From Candidatus Saccharibacteria bacterium CPR2 (GTDB lineage Bacteria > Patescibacteriota > Saccharimonadia > Saccharimonadales > QWHN01), in contig QWHN01000001.1 of assembly GCA_021404905.1 (NCBI GenBank), positions 130,162-194,161 on the forward strand: 64,000 bases of DNA. Direction: 5' to 3'. Within the stretch, counting starts at the first letter, position 1. Each line of letters opens with the position of its first letter. The notes beneath the pieces were generated by a model that was not told the origin of the DNA, did not search any database, and worked only from the letters and a program-made list of their open reading frames with translations. The translations under genes and the position numbers were made by a program. Of the stretch, positions 63,608 to 64,000 are shown in pieces.

Positions 63608-64000
63608 ATGTATTCATCTCTTCGTCTTCAAAACTTTAGGTCATATAAAGACTACTCTTTAGAGTTGGGGCCTGGTGTAAATATAATTGTTGGGCCAAAT
63701 GCCAGTGGAAAAACCAATCTGCTAGAGGCGCTTTACGTTATTTCAACCGGAAGATCCTTTCGTGTAAAAGATGAGGATCTAATAAATTTCAATTCTGATT
63801 GGTCTAGGCTTGACAGTCGTTACGGAAGCACAGAGAGGGTCATTAAAATTGCAAGAAACAACGGTCGCCTTAACAAAACACTTACGATAGATGATTTACC
63901 AAACAATAAGATAAAACCAACCAATCTTATACCAATAACTCTGTTTGAGCCTCAAGATCTAAGGTTGTTTGGCGATCCCCCCGAAGCTCGTCGGAATTAC
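63608..64000 (+). CDS. recF: DNA replication and repair protein RecF (partial; continues past the window)
   Basis: My translation is MYSSLRLQNFRSYKDYSLELGPGVNIIVGPNASGKTNLLEALYVISTGRSFR..., a RecF N-terminus with Walker A. It is in frame to position 64000. Confidence 0.9.
   Translation, partial: MYSSLRLQNFRSYKDYSLELGPGVNIIVGPNASGKTNLLEALYVISTGRSFRVKDEDLINFNSDWSRLDSRYGSTERVIKIARNNGRLNKTLTIDDLPNNKIKPTNLIPITLFEPQDLRLFGDPPEARRNY

Overview
AT-rich bacterial chromosome segment, standard genetic code (TGA is used as a stop), that ends at the replication origin: jag-yidC-[gap]-rpmH on the minus strand, then dnaA-dnaN-recF on the plus strand. The many small DUF-type membrane proteins, a giant LamG/beta-propeller surface protein and sparse metabolism suggest a Patescibacteria/CPR-like host; this is inference only. 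Five blocks. (i) 1-4.4 kb: a giant membrane-anchored surface protein whose reading frame breaks at about 888-927 and continues to the window edge. (ii) 4.5-18.5 kb: mixed housekeeping and accessory genes, including a fused trehalose-6-P synthase/phosphatase, HdeD-like protein, AI-2E transporter, FAD oxidase, PD40 propeller, CopB-type P-ATPase and Fic. (iii) 18.6-28.2 kb: a visibly GC-richer integrative element inserted in the 3' end of tRNA-Asn(GUU). It is bounded by a 15-bp direct repeat and carries a large serine recombinase, an Xis-like HTH, XRE, Ltp-like, SpoVG-like and Rep-like genes, a tightly coupled five-gene phosphoester/nucleotide-type operon, and relBE. Its left end looks like a second, decayed mini-element about 0.95 kb long that retains only relBE. 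Each left end carries a copy of a conserved non-coding module of about 183 bp. (iv) 28.3-58.2 kb: a large cell-envelope glycan locus with rmlBCD-(GIY-YIG)-rmlA, a 6-deoxy-hexosamine-type operon, many GT2/GT4 genes, a WbaP-type initiator, an O-antigen-ligase-like protein, Wzm/Wzt and two tandem paralogous polytopic membrane proteins. (v) 58-64 kb: the origin region. It holds DnaA-box clusters on both sides of dnaA and an rnpA-sized gap filled with an unusual 7-8-nt word repeat. It also holds a four-helix-bundle (23S-IVS-protein family) gene bracketed by inverted blocks of the same repeat. I found no rRNA genes, CRISPR arrays or transposases. All calls rest on reading the sequence and the ORF translations; no database search was run.
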